Shown here one piece after another: positions 26,797 to 37,299 of a stretch of 64,000 nucleotides of DNA. Each line of letters begins with the position of its first letter. Positions within the stretch are counted from its first letter, which is position 1. The translations under genes and the position numbers were made by a program. The notes below the pieces were generated by a model that ran no database searches, was not told the origin of the DNA, and saw only the letters and a program-made list of their open reading frames with translations. Origin of the DNA: Waterburya sp. (GTDB taxonomy: Bacteria > Cyanobacteriota > Cyanobacteriia > Cyanobacteriales > Xenococcaceae); NCBI GenBank assembly GCA_965217895.1, contig CBDCJV010000002.1, positions 4,128,001-4,192,000 of the forward strand. The letters are read 5' to 3'.

Positions 26797-28911
26797 TTAA
26801 AATTTCTCACCGATACCAAATTGAATCTCATTACCTCCATTGTTGTTAATGCCATAATCAACCCGAATTGGTCCTAAGGGAGACTGTATCCTAACTCCTC
26901 CACCATAACCATAACCACTGCCAGGTAGTCCTCTGGCAATTGATGGTGAGCCAGGAACCTCAGTTTCTGAGCCTAATAGTGTGCCGTAATCAAAAAAGAG
27001 TGCGCCACCGACAATCTTGAAAATAGGGAAGCGATATTCAGCAGTAGCTTGGAAATAGCTTTTGCCACTGCCAACTTCACCGTCACCATAACCCCTAACA
27101 GAATTACTACCGCCTAAAATAAAGGCTTCATAGGGTGGTAAGTCACCTAAAATTGTTCCTGCTTGAAAATTAAAAGCCAATGTTTCTGGTCCATCGTTGA
27201 AGCGAACTATATTAATGGGAAAATAACGACTATAGTTAGCTCTAACCCGATTAAATAAGATATTGCCTGAACCAATGGGGATGGTTTGCTCTGTTCCCAA
27301 TCTTAGTACTGAACCTTTGGTGGGTTGTAAAGCATTGTTACGGCGATCGCGAGTTGCTCCAAAACTTAAGCTAAACAAATCATCTGTTCCACTACTACTA
27401 AAGGCAAGAGGGATGTCATTAATTCCGTTTATAGTGCCTAAAGGGGCAGAATCCCCATTACTATTTTTTGTCTGCACGTGCTGATATTCAAAACCAGTAG
27501 ATAAAGTCCATTCTCGCCGTGCAAAAGGATCGGCGGGTAAAGGACGAGCAAAGTTGATACCGCCTCCTGTACGGACTATACGCGGAGAATCGTTGCCGTT
27601 CAGGGTGTTAATATCGTCATTTCCATTAAACACTAGGGAAATCGAACGACGACGAAAAGCATTAACGGTATAAGAAGTACGGCTTTTGCTAGTAGCAATC
27701 CAAGGGTCAGTAAAGCTGAGATCGAAAAGTAAATTGCTTTGACCGATTTGCACTTCTGTTCCTAAAGTCTGATTGTTACCGCCTAGGTTTTTCTGCTGAT
27801 AGCTGACTGTACCAAATAAACCGCTAGAAGAGCTATATCCAGCCCCCGCTGCAATTGAACCACTGCTTCCTTCGACAACATCAATATTGACCACTACCTT
27901 ACTAGGATCTTTACCAGGACTAAAAGAAAAACGAGCATCTTCAAAGATTCCCAAGCCAAAAACGCGCTGAAGATCTCGTTGAGCCGTATCCCGTTTAAAC
28001 ACATCTCCTGGCTTTAGCTCTACTTCTCGCGTCACAATAAATTCACGAGTTTTGCCTTTGGCTGGTTTATCATCTTCATCAAGATATCTAACCTTGATGT
28101 CTTCAATTACTCCTTCTGCTACAACCAAAGTAACTTCTCCGTTCGGACTAACTTGAGGCGAACCAACAACCTGAGCTAGTTCGTAGCCATTTTTGCTATA
28201 CCACTCATTGACTTTGATGATACCTTGCTGTAATTTTCTTAGATTAAGAATTTGACCATAGTTCCCGCCAAAGAACTCCTGGACTTTTTCTGGAGGCAAA
28301 ACCCCTGGTTCTCCTTGAGGAACAGTTTGCACCGTTACCTTGTTAAGGACTGGATTGGGTTGAACTGCAAAAGTAATTTTTACGCCTAAAGGGGTGTCTC
28401 CTGGAGTTACCTCCACATTTTGAAAATAGCCAGTTGCATAAATAGCGTTGACATCTTGTTGAAGTTGAGTTCTGGTAGTGGTTCTACCAGGCTCGGTATT
28501 AATAGTTGCATAAACGATATCTTGAAGTTCTTTGTTTGCCCCTTCAACTGCTACTTCTGCTACTAGCACACGAGGTTCTTGTGGCGATGGCTTACTAGGT
28601 GACTGTGGTGGTTGTCCTTCTGGTGAGGGTGGTTGAAATTTAGGTAGCTTAATATTTGGGTCTACTTGGGTATCAGAATTAGGTTGAGATGGTGATGAGG
28701 CTGGGCGATTGGGAGCCTGAGCTATTTTAGTCGAATTAATATTTTTGAGTAGGGTTGCACCATTGGTAACGATGACCCGATCTGAAAGTCGATTGAAATT
28801 TTTGGTTTCTGCTCTAGTAGGTAAAGATATACCTAGAGCTAGGGTTGTAGCCAAAACTGTAATTAGAGTAGGAGATAGACGCACGTTTTTTAATCCTGTT
28901 AACACTTCCAC
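26797..28911 (-). CDS. bamA: Omp85/BamA outer-membrane assembly factor
   Basis: Pro-rich N-terminus, POTRA repeats, SVRGY, SPLGPIRVDYG, C-terminal F. Confidence 0.92.
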   Translation of the reverse strand: MEVLTGLKNVRLSPTLITVLATTLALGISLPTRAETKNFNRLSDRVIVTNGATLLKNINSTKIAQAPNRPASSPSQPNSDTQVDPNIKLPKFQPPSPEGQPPQSPSKPSPQEPRVLVAEVAVEGANKELQDIVYATINTEPGRTTTRTQLQQDVNAIYATGYFQNVEVTPGDTPLGVKITFAVQPNPVLNKVTVQTVPQGEPGVLPPEKVQEFFGGNYGQILNLRKLQQGIIKVNEWYSKNGYELAQVVGSPQVSPNGEVTLVVAEGVIEDIKVRYLDEDDKPAKGKTREFIVTREVELKPGDVFKRDTAQRDLQRVFGLGIFEDARFSFSPGKDPSKVVVNIDVVEGSSGSIAAGAGYSSSSGLFGTVSYQQKNLGGNNQTLGTEVQIGQSNLLFDLSFTDPWIATSKSRTSYTVNAFRRRSISLVFNGNDDINTLNGNDSPRIVRTGGGINFARPLPADPFARREWTLSTGFEYQHVQTKNSNGDSAPLGTINGINDIPLAFSSSGTDDLFSLSFGATRDRRNNALQPTKGSVLRLGTEQTIPIGSGNILFNRVRANYSRYFPINIVRFNDGPETLAFNFQAGTILGDLPPYEAFILGGSNSVRGYGDGEVGSGKSYFQATAEYRFPIFKIVGGALFFDYGTLLGSETEVPGSPSIARGLPGSGYGYGGGVRIQSPLGPIRVDYGINNNGGNEIQFGIGEKF

Positions 28912-29176
28912 ACACCAAACAGAGCATTCAACAAGTTAACCATTTTATTTAGTTGTTGTCTCGCCTCTGATTTGTAAAATTGATATTTAATCAATCTTGG
29001 CTGATTTTGCTGAAGACTAATTGTCTTTAACCTGATAGTTAAATATCGGATAAATATGACCACTTATTTTACTCTATGTTCCCATTTTTTATTAATTGGC
29101 TATTTTTATTAGAGTGGAGCATTAAAGTTAAATAGTTGGTAAAAGCAATTAATAAAGGTAAGGTACTAAGGTACAC

Positions 29177-29911
29177 CTAACTATTTTTTATTTGCGTTAA
29201 AACTCGCTGTTGGACTTGCTGATAAGCAGCTTCTACCCGTCCTAGATCTTTACGAAAGCGGTCTTTGTCCATGACTCTTGATTGAGGATCGGCATCGTTT
29301 TTATCCCAAAGACGACAGGTGTCGGGGCTAATTTCATCTGCTAAAAGCAAATTTTGTTGGGCATCAAGACCAAATTCTAATTTGAAATCTACTAAAGTAA
29401 TATTGCATTTATCAAAAAAGCTTTGGAGGTTTTTATTAATTTTACGAGCCATATTCTCTATTTCTTTAAGTCTTTGAGGCGTTGTTATATCCATCAGAAA
29501 TAGGCGATCGCGTGTTAATAGTGGATCGCTGAGTTCATCACTTTTGTAGTAATACTCTACTAATGCAGAAGGCAAGACTTTTCCTTCTGGTAAACCTGTT
29601 TGGCGACATAGACTCCCTGCGGCAATGTTTCTGACCACAACTTCAATGGGTATAATCGTCACGGCTTTGACTCTCATCTGATTTGGTTGTGGGGTATCTA
29701 TATAGTGAGTCGGTATATCCCTTGAACCCAACCAGGCAAATAAGGCTGCGGTAATCTGACAGTTTATTTGTCCTTTTCCTTTTATCTGTCCTCGTTTTTG
29801 AGCATTAAAAGCCGTAGCGTCATCTTTATAGACTGTAAGCAGTATCTCTGGATTATCAGTAGCATAAAGGATTTTTGCTTTGCCTTCATACAGTTTCTCT
29901 GGCTGGGACAT
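29177..29911 (-). CDS. purC: SAICAR synthetase
   Basis: LYEGKAK, IEVVVRNIAAGS, LVDFKLEFG, LADEISPDTCRLWD. Confidence 0.98.
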   Translation of the reverse strand: MSQPEKLYEGKAKILYATDNPEILLTVYKDDATAFNAQKRGQIKGKGQINCQITAALFAWLGSRDIPTHYIDTPQPNQMRVKAVTIIPIEVVVRNIAAGSLCRQTGLPEGKVLPSALVEYYYKSDELSDPLLTRDRLFLMDITTPQRLKEIENMARKINKNLQSFFDKCNITLVDFKLEFGLDAQQNLLLADEISPDTCRLWDKNDADPQSRVMDKDRFRKDLGRVEAAYQQVQQRVLTQIKNS

Positions 29912-30155
29912 CTCTAATAAATTGTCTAAAATATAGGTTAATAAAAAATTGGATTAAAAACTTAGGTTAAGGCTAGGTTAACAAAGCCTAAATATTTTGT
30001 TAACATCTAAAATAAAGCCCTGTTTATAGTAGCGTCATCAAGTAACTTTTGTGTTTGTATCTCGTCAAAAAAAATAATTGTTACAAATTGCTACGATCAA
30101 ACTAGGTTACATCTGAAATTGCTACAAATTAGTTTACACATCTCTAGTAGGTTCC

Positions 30156-30410
30156 ATGACATCTAATAAAAAAACAAACGATTTTATCTATCCTCGCCAT
30201 CCGTATCATGGCAAGGTTAAACCTGAAAATTTGGTTTTTAATTCTAATTTGCAAGAGTTTGCGCAAAAAATTAGTTATGTTTGCAACTTGGAAACAGGAG
30301 GTAAACTACCGCCTGAACAAGCTTATAAGAGAATCAAATCTTTGTGGAAAGAATTAAAAAAGAGTAAGAAAGAGTTAGGTATTGGACAAAACGGCTACGA
30401 CAAGCAGTAA
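30156..30410 (+). CDS. Conserved small cyanobacterial protein of unknown function
   Basis: YHGKVKPENLVFNSNLQEFAQKISYVCNLETGGK motif. Confidence 0.8.
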   Translation: MTSNKKTNDFIYPRHPYHGKVKPENLVFNSNLQEFAQKISYVCNLETGGKLPPEQAYKRIKSLWKELKKSKKELGIGQNGYDKQ

Positions 30411-30495
30411 GCGCACATAAAAGGCAATAGTATTTTCAATCAAGAGAGCGACTGCTATAACTAGTAAGACTATAAACTATAGCTATAGCTAAATA

Positions 30496-31521
30496 ATGTC
30501 TCGCTCCAAAGCTCTGCAATCATATATCCTAGTTCGTTTGCTTCTTGCCCCATTAATGTTGTTGACTATCGCTACTGTGGTGTTTTTACTTCTTAGGGCA
30601 ACCCCTGGAGATCCTGCCGATGCGATTTTAGGTACTCGCGCCCCAGAAGCAGCCAAAGCAGCATTGCGATCGCAATTGGGTTTAACAGATCCTCTCTGGC
30701 AACAGTATTTTGACTATCTCAAAAATTTACTCAGTTTTGATTTAGGAAGCTCTCTTTCCAGTCGTGGGTTATCAGTTTGGTCAGTAATTAAAGACTATTT
30801 TCCTGCCACCGTCGAACTTTCTTTTTGCAGCATGATTATTGCTCTATTGGTGGGGGTTTTAGTGGGTATGGTTTCTGCTTCCTCAGATCGTAAGTTTCTG
30901 GATGCGGGAGGTCGTTTGTTTGGAATTATTACCTATTCACTGCCTTTGTTTTGGGTAGGCATGGTCTTACAGCTAATCTTCGCGGTGAATTTAGGCTGGT
31001 TTCCCCTGGGTACTCGCTTTCCAATTAGTTCTCCCACTCCGCCTCAGGTAACGGGACTGTATTTAATTGACAGTTTGCTAGCAGGAGATATGGGGATGTT
31101 ACTCCACACCATACATTATTTAGCATTACCTAGTTTGACTTTGGGTTTATTGTTGAGCGGTATTTTTGAGCGTATTGTTAGGGTCAACCTTAAGCAAACT
31201 TTACAAGCCGATTATGTTGAGGCAGCAAGAGCTAGAGGTATTCCTGAAGGCACTATCTTGATTTCCCATGCAATGAAAAATGCCCTAATTCCTGTAATTA
31301 CAGTACTGGGGTTAACCTTTGCAGCATTACTAGGTGGTGCTGTATTGACTGAAGTAACCTTTTCTTGGCCAGGTTTAGGCAATCGACTATACGAGGCTAT
31401 TTCTCTGCGGGATTACCCTACTGTGCAAGGGGTAATGGTATTTTTTGGCGTTATTGTGGTGATTGCCAGTATTGCGATCGATATTATCAATGCCTATATT
31501 GACCCCAGAATTAGGTATTAG
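30496..31521 (+). CDS. Peptide/nickel ABC transporter permease (DppB/OppB family)
   Basis: PGDPA, FPATVEL, DYVEAARARG EAA loop, TEVTFSWPGLG, RDYP. Confidence 0.92.
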   Translation: MSRSKALQSYILVRLLLAPLMLLTIATVVFLLLRATPGDPADAILGTRAPEAAKAALRSQLGLTDPLWQQYFDYLKNLLSFDLGSSLSSRGLSVWSVIKDYFPATVELSFCSMIIALLVGVLVGMVSASSDRKFLDAGGRLFGIITYSLPLFWVGMVLQLIFAVNLGWFPLGTRFPISSPTPPQVTGLYLIDSLLAGDMGMLLHTIHYLALPSLTLGLLLSGIFERIVRVNLKQTLQADYVEAARARGIPEGTILISHAMKNALIPVITVLGLTFAALLGGAVLTEVTFSWPGLGNRLYEAISLRDYPTVQGVMVFFGVIVVIASIAIDIINAYIDPRIRY

Positions 31522-31720
31522 AAACTGTTTGTAAAGTCAATGTCAAGGGGATAGAAAAGTGGTGAAGATGATGGAGGTAGGGAAGAAAGGCGTAAAAACT
31601 TCACTACTTCAAACGCCCCAATCGCCTCAAACACCTCACTACCCCAAATACCCCAGATACCCCAAATACGACCCTACTCAACAGCAGGAAAATTTGATTT
31701 TCTTTTTACAAACAGTCTCT
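31520..31720. mobile_element. ~200-bp MITE-like element with internal 9-mer repeats
   Basis: 15/16 terminal IR AGAAACTGTTTGTAAA / TTTACAAACAGTCTCT; ccccaaata-type repeats; right arm recurs at 44816-44896. Confidence 0.65.
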
Positions 31721-31784
31721 TTAACTTGAGAAAAAATTTGCCAATTCAAGTTAGCATATAGCCTGGGCATTCTACGAAATATTT

Positions 31785-33107
31785 ATGCAAGATCATCTAG
31801 AAAAAGCTATTCAACTCAAGCAGACGGTAGTAGATTTCGTTTATGATGCAGAAGGCGAAATGGCGATCGCCCTAGAAACCTACGCAGCACAAAAAGCTAA
31901 AAAGAATAGCTATGGTATTAAACAGCAAAATTTAACCGTTGATTTATTTCTGAGCGAGGGAAAAATACAGGCTCAAACTCCTTTGGATCTATTTTTAGTA
32001 CAGGCTAAGGATTTAAATGCCGATGACATAGAAATAATTAAGCTGTGGAAGCATAATTTTATTGGTTTGTTTGAAATTAAAGCGATCGCCGACGATGCTT
32101 ATCAGTTAATGAACTGGTTAACTGCTAAAACCTATCAGGTTTATGGTCATTCTGGCATATCAGATAAGGAGAAGAATAGATGGCAGCCAGGAGAAATTAT
32201 TTTAACTATTATTGCACCTATAAACGATCGCGAGTGGTTCTTTTTTAGCGATCGCATTATTAAAGGCAGATTAAGTCAGCCAAAACTAGCGGTAGCTATT
32301 GGCGAGTTTCGCGATAATTACCCTGATTTTCTCTATGCCGATGCACCAAAATTATTAGAACAAGCTTGGGATTCTGTAGCAGTATATCATCAAGAGTTTG
32401 TTGACTATATGGGTAAGGACAATTTAACTTTGCCTGGCTACAAATTAAATCAGAAAATTGCTGAACTTCAGCAAATTATGAGCCAGAAAAAACTGGCTGA
32501 AGCAGGTATTGATGATTCAAAATCTCTATCCCAACTGCTAGCAGAATCAGGTAAAAGTGAGTCTGATTTTACTAAAGCTGCCACGGATTTAGGAGTAGAA
32601 GCCGAAACAGTAGCTAAAATAACTCAGAATAAAGATAAGCTGTCGATGGTAACTCCCAAAATCGATCTGCCAGCCGATATTAAACAAGCAGAAGCAGTTA
32701 CCGTCTTTTCTCATCCGCGCTGGGGTCAAATGTTTTTACCTACCTACGAGAAGTTTACCAGTTTATTAGCCAATGAGAATCTAGAAGATTCTGAAACTGG
32801 TAATTTATATGTTCGCCGCTATTTAGAACAGCCTGAAACAAATTATTATGTTTGGCAACAGCTAAAACAAAAGTATCCTCAAGCATTAACAAAACTGTTA
32901 CAAAATTATAGTAATAAAGACAATTTTGATTTAGAAACAGATTTAGAGCAATTATTACTTAAACATAATAAATCATCGACTCCCGAATTGCCTGCGATCG
33001 CCAGCGTCCCTATCCATCTTAATAACTTGTTTGAAGCAGCGGTAGCACAAGTGCAGAAAACTAAAGCTAAAACTAAGAAAAAGAAGAAAAAAGGTTTCTT
33101 GACCTAG
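31785..33107 (+). CDS. Conserved hypothetical protein
   Basis: 440-aa ORF ending in a KKKKGF tail typical of cyanobacterial proteins; no family recognised. Confidence 0.8.
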   Translation: MQDHLEKAIQLKQTVVDFVYDAEGEMAIALETYAAQKAKKNSYGIKQQNLTVDLFLSEGKIQAQTPLDLFLVQAKDLNADDIEIIKLWKHNFIGLFEIKAIADDAYQLMNWLTAKTYQVYGHSGISDKEKNRWQPGEIILTIIAPINDREWFFFSDRIIKGRLSQPKLAVAIGEFRDNYPDFLYADAPKLLEQAWDSVAVYHQEFVDYMGKDNLTLPGYKLNQKIAELQQIMSQKKLAEAGIDDSKSLSQLLAESGKSESDFTKAATDLGVEAETVAKITQNKDKLSMVTPKIDLPADIKQAEAVTVFSHPRWGQMFLPTYEKFTSLLANENLEDSETGNLYVRRYLEQPETNYYVWQQLKQKYPQALTKLLQNYSNKDNFDLETDLEQLLLKHNKSSTPELPAIASVPIHLNNLFEAAVAQVQKTKAKTKKKKKKGFLT

Positions 33108-33110
33108 CCC

Positions 33111-33866
33111 CTATGTTAAATGTCTCTCAGGATTAGAAATTCTTTCTATTTTCTGCAATTTCAAAGGTATCTTAACTGGGGGACGATGTGTTGCTGCTTT
33201 TTCTCCGTTTAAAATATTCAAGCTTTCTAAAAGAGCATTTTTTACTATTGGTATTTGTGGTTCGAATAACATTAAACGATAATATTCGATCGCCTGCCAA
33301 TAATATTCTGAGTCCAAGCGATTAGTTTTGACCAAGCGAGTTAATTGCCGAATCGCTACTAAACGTTTGAGATGGCTGTTATGGCTCAAATCTGCCAGCA
33401 ATTGTTCTAATTTAGTCTCTAGACTATGAGCTTTTTTATTTTTTTTATTCCACAAAGACCACGCTAATAAAGCTAGAGTCATCAAGCTAGCAAATCCTTG
33501 CACAATTGCCCCTGTTGCCAACCATTGATTATCTGCATCAGCCCAGATAGAAGCAGCCAAATAAGTGCAAAATGCCCCTGTTGCACCGCCACCTACAGAC
33601 AAAATTAATTGACGATTAGAACCAACTAAAAATCTTTGCCACTTCTGACAGTAACGTTGCCAATGAGGATTCTGTAATAGATAGCAGCCAGACATCAAAC
33701 CGATGCCGACTGAGGTAGCAAGAAACAATTTCCAGTTAAGCAGCCATAAAAGAGCAAATACTAAAAGGCAAAATGCCCAGCCGTTAACTTTGCGTAGCCT
33801 TTTATCCTTAACTAGCAAAACGAATGTATTAAAGATTTCTTGCCAGCTAGACTTTGCTTTGGACAC
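33111..33866 (-). CDS. Hypothetical membrane protein with C-terminal HEAT-like helices
   Basis: About four TM segments; LKRLVAIRQL motif. Confidence 0.75.
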   Translation of the reverse strand: MSKAKSSWQEIFNTFVLLVKDKRLRKVNGWAFCLLVFALLWLLNWKLFLATSVGIGLMSGCYLLQNPHWQRYCQKWQRFLVGSNRQLILSVGGGATGAFCTYLAASIWADADNQWLATGAIVQGFASLMTLALLAWSLWNKKNKKAHSLETKLEQLLADLSHNSHLKRLVAIRQLTRLVKTNRLDSEYYWQAIEYYRLMLFEPQIPIVKNALLESLNILNGEKAATHRPPVKIPLKLQKIERISNPERHLT

Positions 33867-33982
33867 AGAGATTTACCAATCCTATCTCGATATAATATAC
33901 TATCAATTTTCAATTATTGCTGGCTTTTTTTCCAAACAGTCTCTTAAAGCTGCAAGCCTTGCCAGCCAAAGATTGTTTTGCT

Positions 33983-34783
33983 CTAACTCTTTTGACCACT
34001 GACTCCTACTGTTGCCAAATAAATCCCCCAGGAAGTAGGCTTTTGGGCAAACTGACAATAGTTTTGGATATCTTCTTTACTTGCTATTCCTGTAGCGATA
34101 TATCTAGCGCAAAGCTGAAGGGCAGATAGCCTCATAATTTTGGCAATGTCTGAATTTCCTGGTGATACAGGGACATCATTCTCTATCTGTAATTGTTTCA
34201 AGCCTAATTGTTGTAAAATCGCGGGCAGCTTAATTCCCAAAGCATAATCTTTTCCTTGATCCTTAAACATTTGCCAAATAGCTCGATTGACTTTATCGAC
34301 TGATTGCTGTTCTTCTGTAGTTCCAGAAATGAACTTAGCAGCAGAAAAATCAGGTTCTTCGATTACTAAGCAGCCGTTGGGCTTTAGTAAATCAATCATT
34401 TTAGCTAAAGTAGTCTGGCAGTCTACTATGTGAATTAGGACATTGCGAATATGAATCAAATTAAAGGAGTTGCTGTCTAAAGAAATTCTGTTGATATCTC
34501 CTTTGATCATTTCCACATTTTGTAACGATGTCTCTTCCACAAAGCGAGTATCCACATCTACCGCGACAACCTTACCCGATTCGCCAACTATTTTTGACAT
34601 CCATTTCATGATCGAGCCTGCCCCTGCGCCAACTTCTAAGCATTGCCAGCCTGTAGCTATGCCTGTGGCTAAAATTCGGCGACGGCTAGCGGGATCACAG
34701 ACTTGTTCTAATATCTGTAGTCGTCTTAATTCAGAATCAAATTGAGTATCGGTAAATATATATTTTGATTCTGTCATTATCAA
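33983..34783 (-). CDS. Class I SAM-dependent methyltransferase
   Basis: CLEVGAGAG, VVAVD, LLKPNG.LVIEE. Confidence 0.9.
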   Translation of the reverse strand: MIMTESKYIFTDTQFDSELRRLQILEQVCDPASRRRILATGIATGWQCLEVGAGAGSIMKWMSKIVGESGKVVAVDVDTRFVEETSLQNVEMIKGDINRISLDSNSFNLIHIRNVLIHIVDCQTTLAKMIDLLKPNGCLVIEEPDFSAAKFISGTTEEQQSVDKVNRAIWQMFKDQGKDYALGIKLPAILQQLGLKQLQIENDVPVSPGNSDIAKIMRLSALQLCARYIATGIASKEDIQNYCQFAQKPTSWGIYLATVGVSGQKS

Positions 34784-34999
34784 TTAAAAAGATTGGCGAG
34801 ATGCGAACTTTTCAATAATTGCCTGGGTTTCTTGCAACATTTGTTGTCTACTGTTATTTATCTTACCAACCCCTGTATCTGTTAGGTTAGGAACTAAGTT
34901 GCGAGCCTGAAGTGCCATATGTAGCTGTAGCTGTGCTACATATTCTCCAATATCTTCATGAAATACATCTTGTTCTACGTTTTGAGGTTGAATATCCAA
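34784..34999 (-). CDS. Small conserved hypothetical protein
   Basis: AGGAG RBS before TTG; IGEYVAQLQLHMALQARNLVP. Confidence 0.65.
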   Translation of the reverse strand: MDIQPQNVEQDVFHEDIGEYVAQLQLHMALQARNLVPNLTDTGVGKINNSRQQMLQETQAIIEKFASRQSF

Positions 35000-35143
35000 A
35001 ATGCTGAACTCCTGTTTTACTTACAATTCCTATCGCTTATAGTCAAAAGTATCACGTAGAATAGCTTTTTTGTATAACTTTTTACAAACCTAAAATATTT
35101 TGCAATATTTCTGGCAAAAAAACTATAGTTATTTTAATGTCAT

Positions 35144-36208
35144 TCAAACGGCACGGTAAGCTGGGAAGAACTGCGATCGCTTTAGTTCTTCAACTGATTT
35201 ATTGATAGACATAGCTCTAAATTGGAGTAAGTCATTGTATAAATGCGTATCAACTACAGATCTCATAGTAAAAAATTCGTATCTCTGCTTAGAAAAGCCT
35301 GATTTAAAAGTATAGAGATTATCATCTTTGCCGCCAACACCACCGCCTATATGTAAATATTTATTACCCCTGGCTTTTGCCCACAAGCGCATATGGTGCA
35401 GTAATAAATTAAAAGGTGATTGTTTGAGAAAATTGGTCTTCGTGCCTCCAAGATGAGCTTGAACAATACCACAAGACTCAAAAAACAAACTGGCACAAAT
35501 TATTTTACCTTCCGATTCTACAATACCCAAGTGTAGCTTATCCTCTAGCTTTAATAAATCTCTAAAATAATCACGACTAAAATAGTAAATATCGTTTGCC
35601 TTTACCCGATCCATTGTCTCTTCATAAATGGCAATAAATTCGTCCATGTATTGAGCAAAAGAAACCGTCTTGGCAGAAAGACCTAGCCTAATACATTTAT
35701 TAATCGTGCTTTGATGCCCTTTACGAGTTTTTGCCCAAATTTGCTCTTCATCTAAAGTTAAATCGATAGATACAGTTTTACCATCTTCCTGAAATGATTC
35801 TGAGTCAAAAGCATGAGTAAATTTTGCACCTAGAATGGGGTGCAATCGTAAAAAAGCTGAACATACATTCCTTTCTTGTAAAGCTTGGCGAAACTTTTGC
35901 AGGGCAAAATCAAGAAATTCAGGGGTATTAATGGCAGTCTCGCTCATTAAAATACCAGGATAACCATAGGGAGAAACAATATCGTAAATTTCTTCTGGTT
36001 CGCAATCAACTATATCTGCACAAGAACGTAATAAATAAGGAGCGAAAAAAACTTTGTCTCCCTCTTCTAGTAAAAAGGCTTCAGGTTTTGTCTTTGTCCG
36101 TTTAGCATCCAAAGCTACATAATCTGGCAAATGATATACATCATGAGACAGCTTGTCTAAAGTTGCAGACCAAACAGGATTTTTCGGATCTAATATTTCC
36201 AGCTTCAT
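35144..36208 (-). CDS. FemAB-like / GNAT-fold acyl- or aminoacyl-transferase associated with glycan genes
   Basis: SPYGYPG, FLRLHP, HLGG, LHIGGG, FKSGFS, FFPAYR. Confidence 0.8.
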   Translation of the reverse strand: MKLEILDPKNPVWSATLDKLSHDVYHLPDYVALDAKRTKTKPEAFLLEEGDKVFFAPYLLRSCADIVDCEPEEIYDIVSPYGYPGILMSETAINTPEFLDFALQKFRQALQERNVCSAFLRLHPILGAKFTHAFDSESFQEDGKTVSIDLTLDEEQIWAKTRKGHQSTINKCIRLGLSAKTVSFAQYMDEFIAIYEETMDRVKANDIYYFSRDYFRDLLKLEDKLHLGIVESEGKIICASLFFESCGIVQAHLGGTKTNFLKQSPFNLLLHHMRLWAKARGNKYLHIGGGVGGKDDNLYTFKSGFSKQRYEFFTMRSVVDTHLYNDLLQFRAMSINKSVEELKRSQFFPAYRAV

Positions 36209-36390
36209 TGTTTTTGTAAGTCAGGATTGTTAAAGTGCCTCATGATTTTGCAGTCCTGACCATTTATGGCTTTTATCTAAATCACGCTTACTACGGTTAT
36301 AATACACTAGCTTTGACCTAGTTGCCAACAATATTTTCGGTCTAGCCCCAAAGATTTCTATACCTAAAAAACGTCTTCTCTTTTACAATT

Positions 36391-37263
36391 TTAAGTCTGT
36401 GACCAAACCACAGGAAATATATGAGGATCGCTAAAATCAGGATCTCCATTAGCTAATTTTCGACAAAGTTTTTCATCAAACATATGGACTTCTTTGCCTT
36501 CTAAATCGTAATATGGACGATAATAATTATCTTTATCCTGATAATGAACAATCATAGCAGTACGTTCGCGATCGCTACAGTTAGGATAACTACCATGGAC
36601 AGTCCAGCCATTGTGAAAGCTTACCTGTCCTTTTTTGAGAGTCATGGGTATTTTGACAACTGCTTTTTTTTCTTGGAGAAATTTAGTCTCTAATTCTTCA
36701 AGATTAGGCTGATTAAACAGTCGCATATGCTCTAAATCTGACCAATGGTTACTGCGATCTATAACCACTAGAGGTCCGAGGGATTCATCGCAATCTATAA
36801 AAGGTATCCAAGCCGTCAACAGTTTTTCTGAACTACAGGTTGCCCAATAAGAGCGATCTGTGTGCCAACCTATCGGCGAATCTGTTTTTGGCGGCTTGGA
36901 AATCAACTGATCGTCTAGCAGCCGAATTTCTGAACTTCTAGAGAGTCTAGCTGCGATCGCTCCCAAAATCGGATTTAAGGCTAACTGTCGCAATTCTTGC
37001 TTCTGTAAAGAAACAAATTCGTTATTTCTTAATGTTTTTCCATCTTGAGGTTTCCAATCAACAAAACCATCATCGGTTTTTAAAATGGCATCCCGTTCTC
37101 CTTGATAGAATTTTTTCGTACCTTCAATAGCCAAATCAATTACTTCTTCAGGAATAATTACGGGAGATTTATACCATCCATGTTCTTCATAAAATAGCAC
37201 TTCTGCTTCTGTAGGTAAAAGAGCTATTTGTTCTGGAGTGAGCTGAAATTCTAAAGTTCTCAT
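36391..37263 (-). CDS. Phytanoyl-CoA dioxygenase (PhyH) family Fe/2OG enzyme
   Basis: GWHTDRSYW, TAWIPF, GQVSFH..TVHGSYPN.S.RER. Confidence 0.88.
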   Translation of the reverse strand: MRTLEFQLTPEQIALLPTEAEVLFYEEHGWYKSPVIIPEEVIDLAIEGTKKFYQGERDAILKTDDGFVDWKPQDGKTLRNNEFVSLQKQELRQLALNPILGAIAARLSRSSEIRLLDDQLISKPPKTDSPIGWHTDRSYWATCSSEKLLTAWIPFIDCDESLGPLVVIDRSNHWSDLEHMRLFNQPNLEELETKFLQEKKAVVKIPMTLKKGQVSFHNGWTVHGSYPNCSDRERTAMIVHYQDKDNYYRPYYDLEGKEVHMFDEKLCRKLANGDPDFSDPHIFPVVWSQT

Positions 37264-37299
37264 GTTTAAAAATATCAGTATTAATTTTCTAAAATTTAG

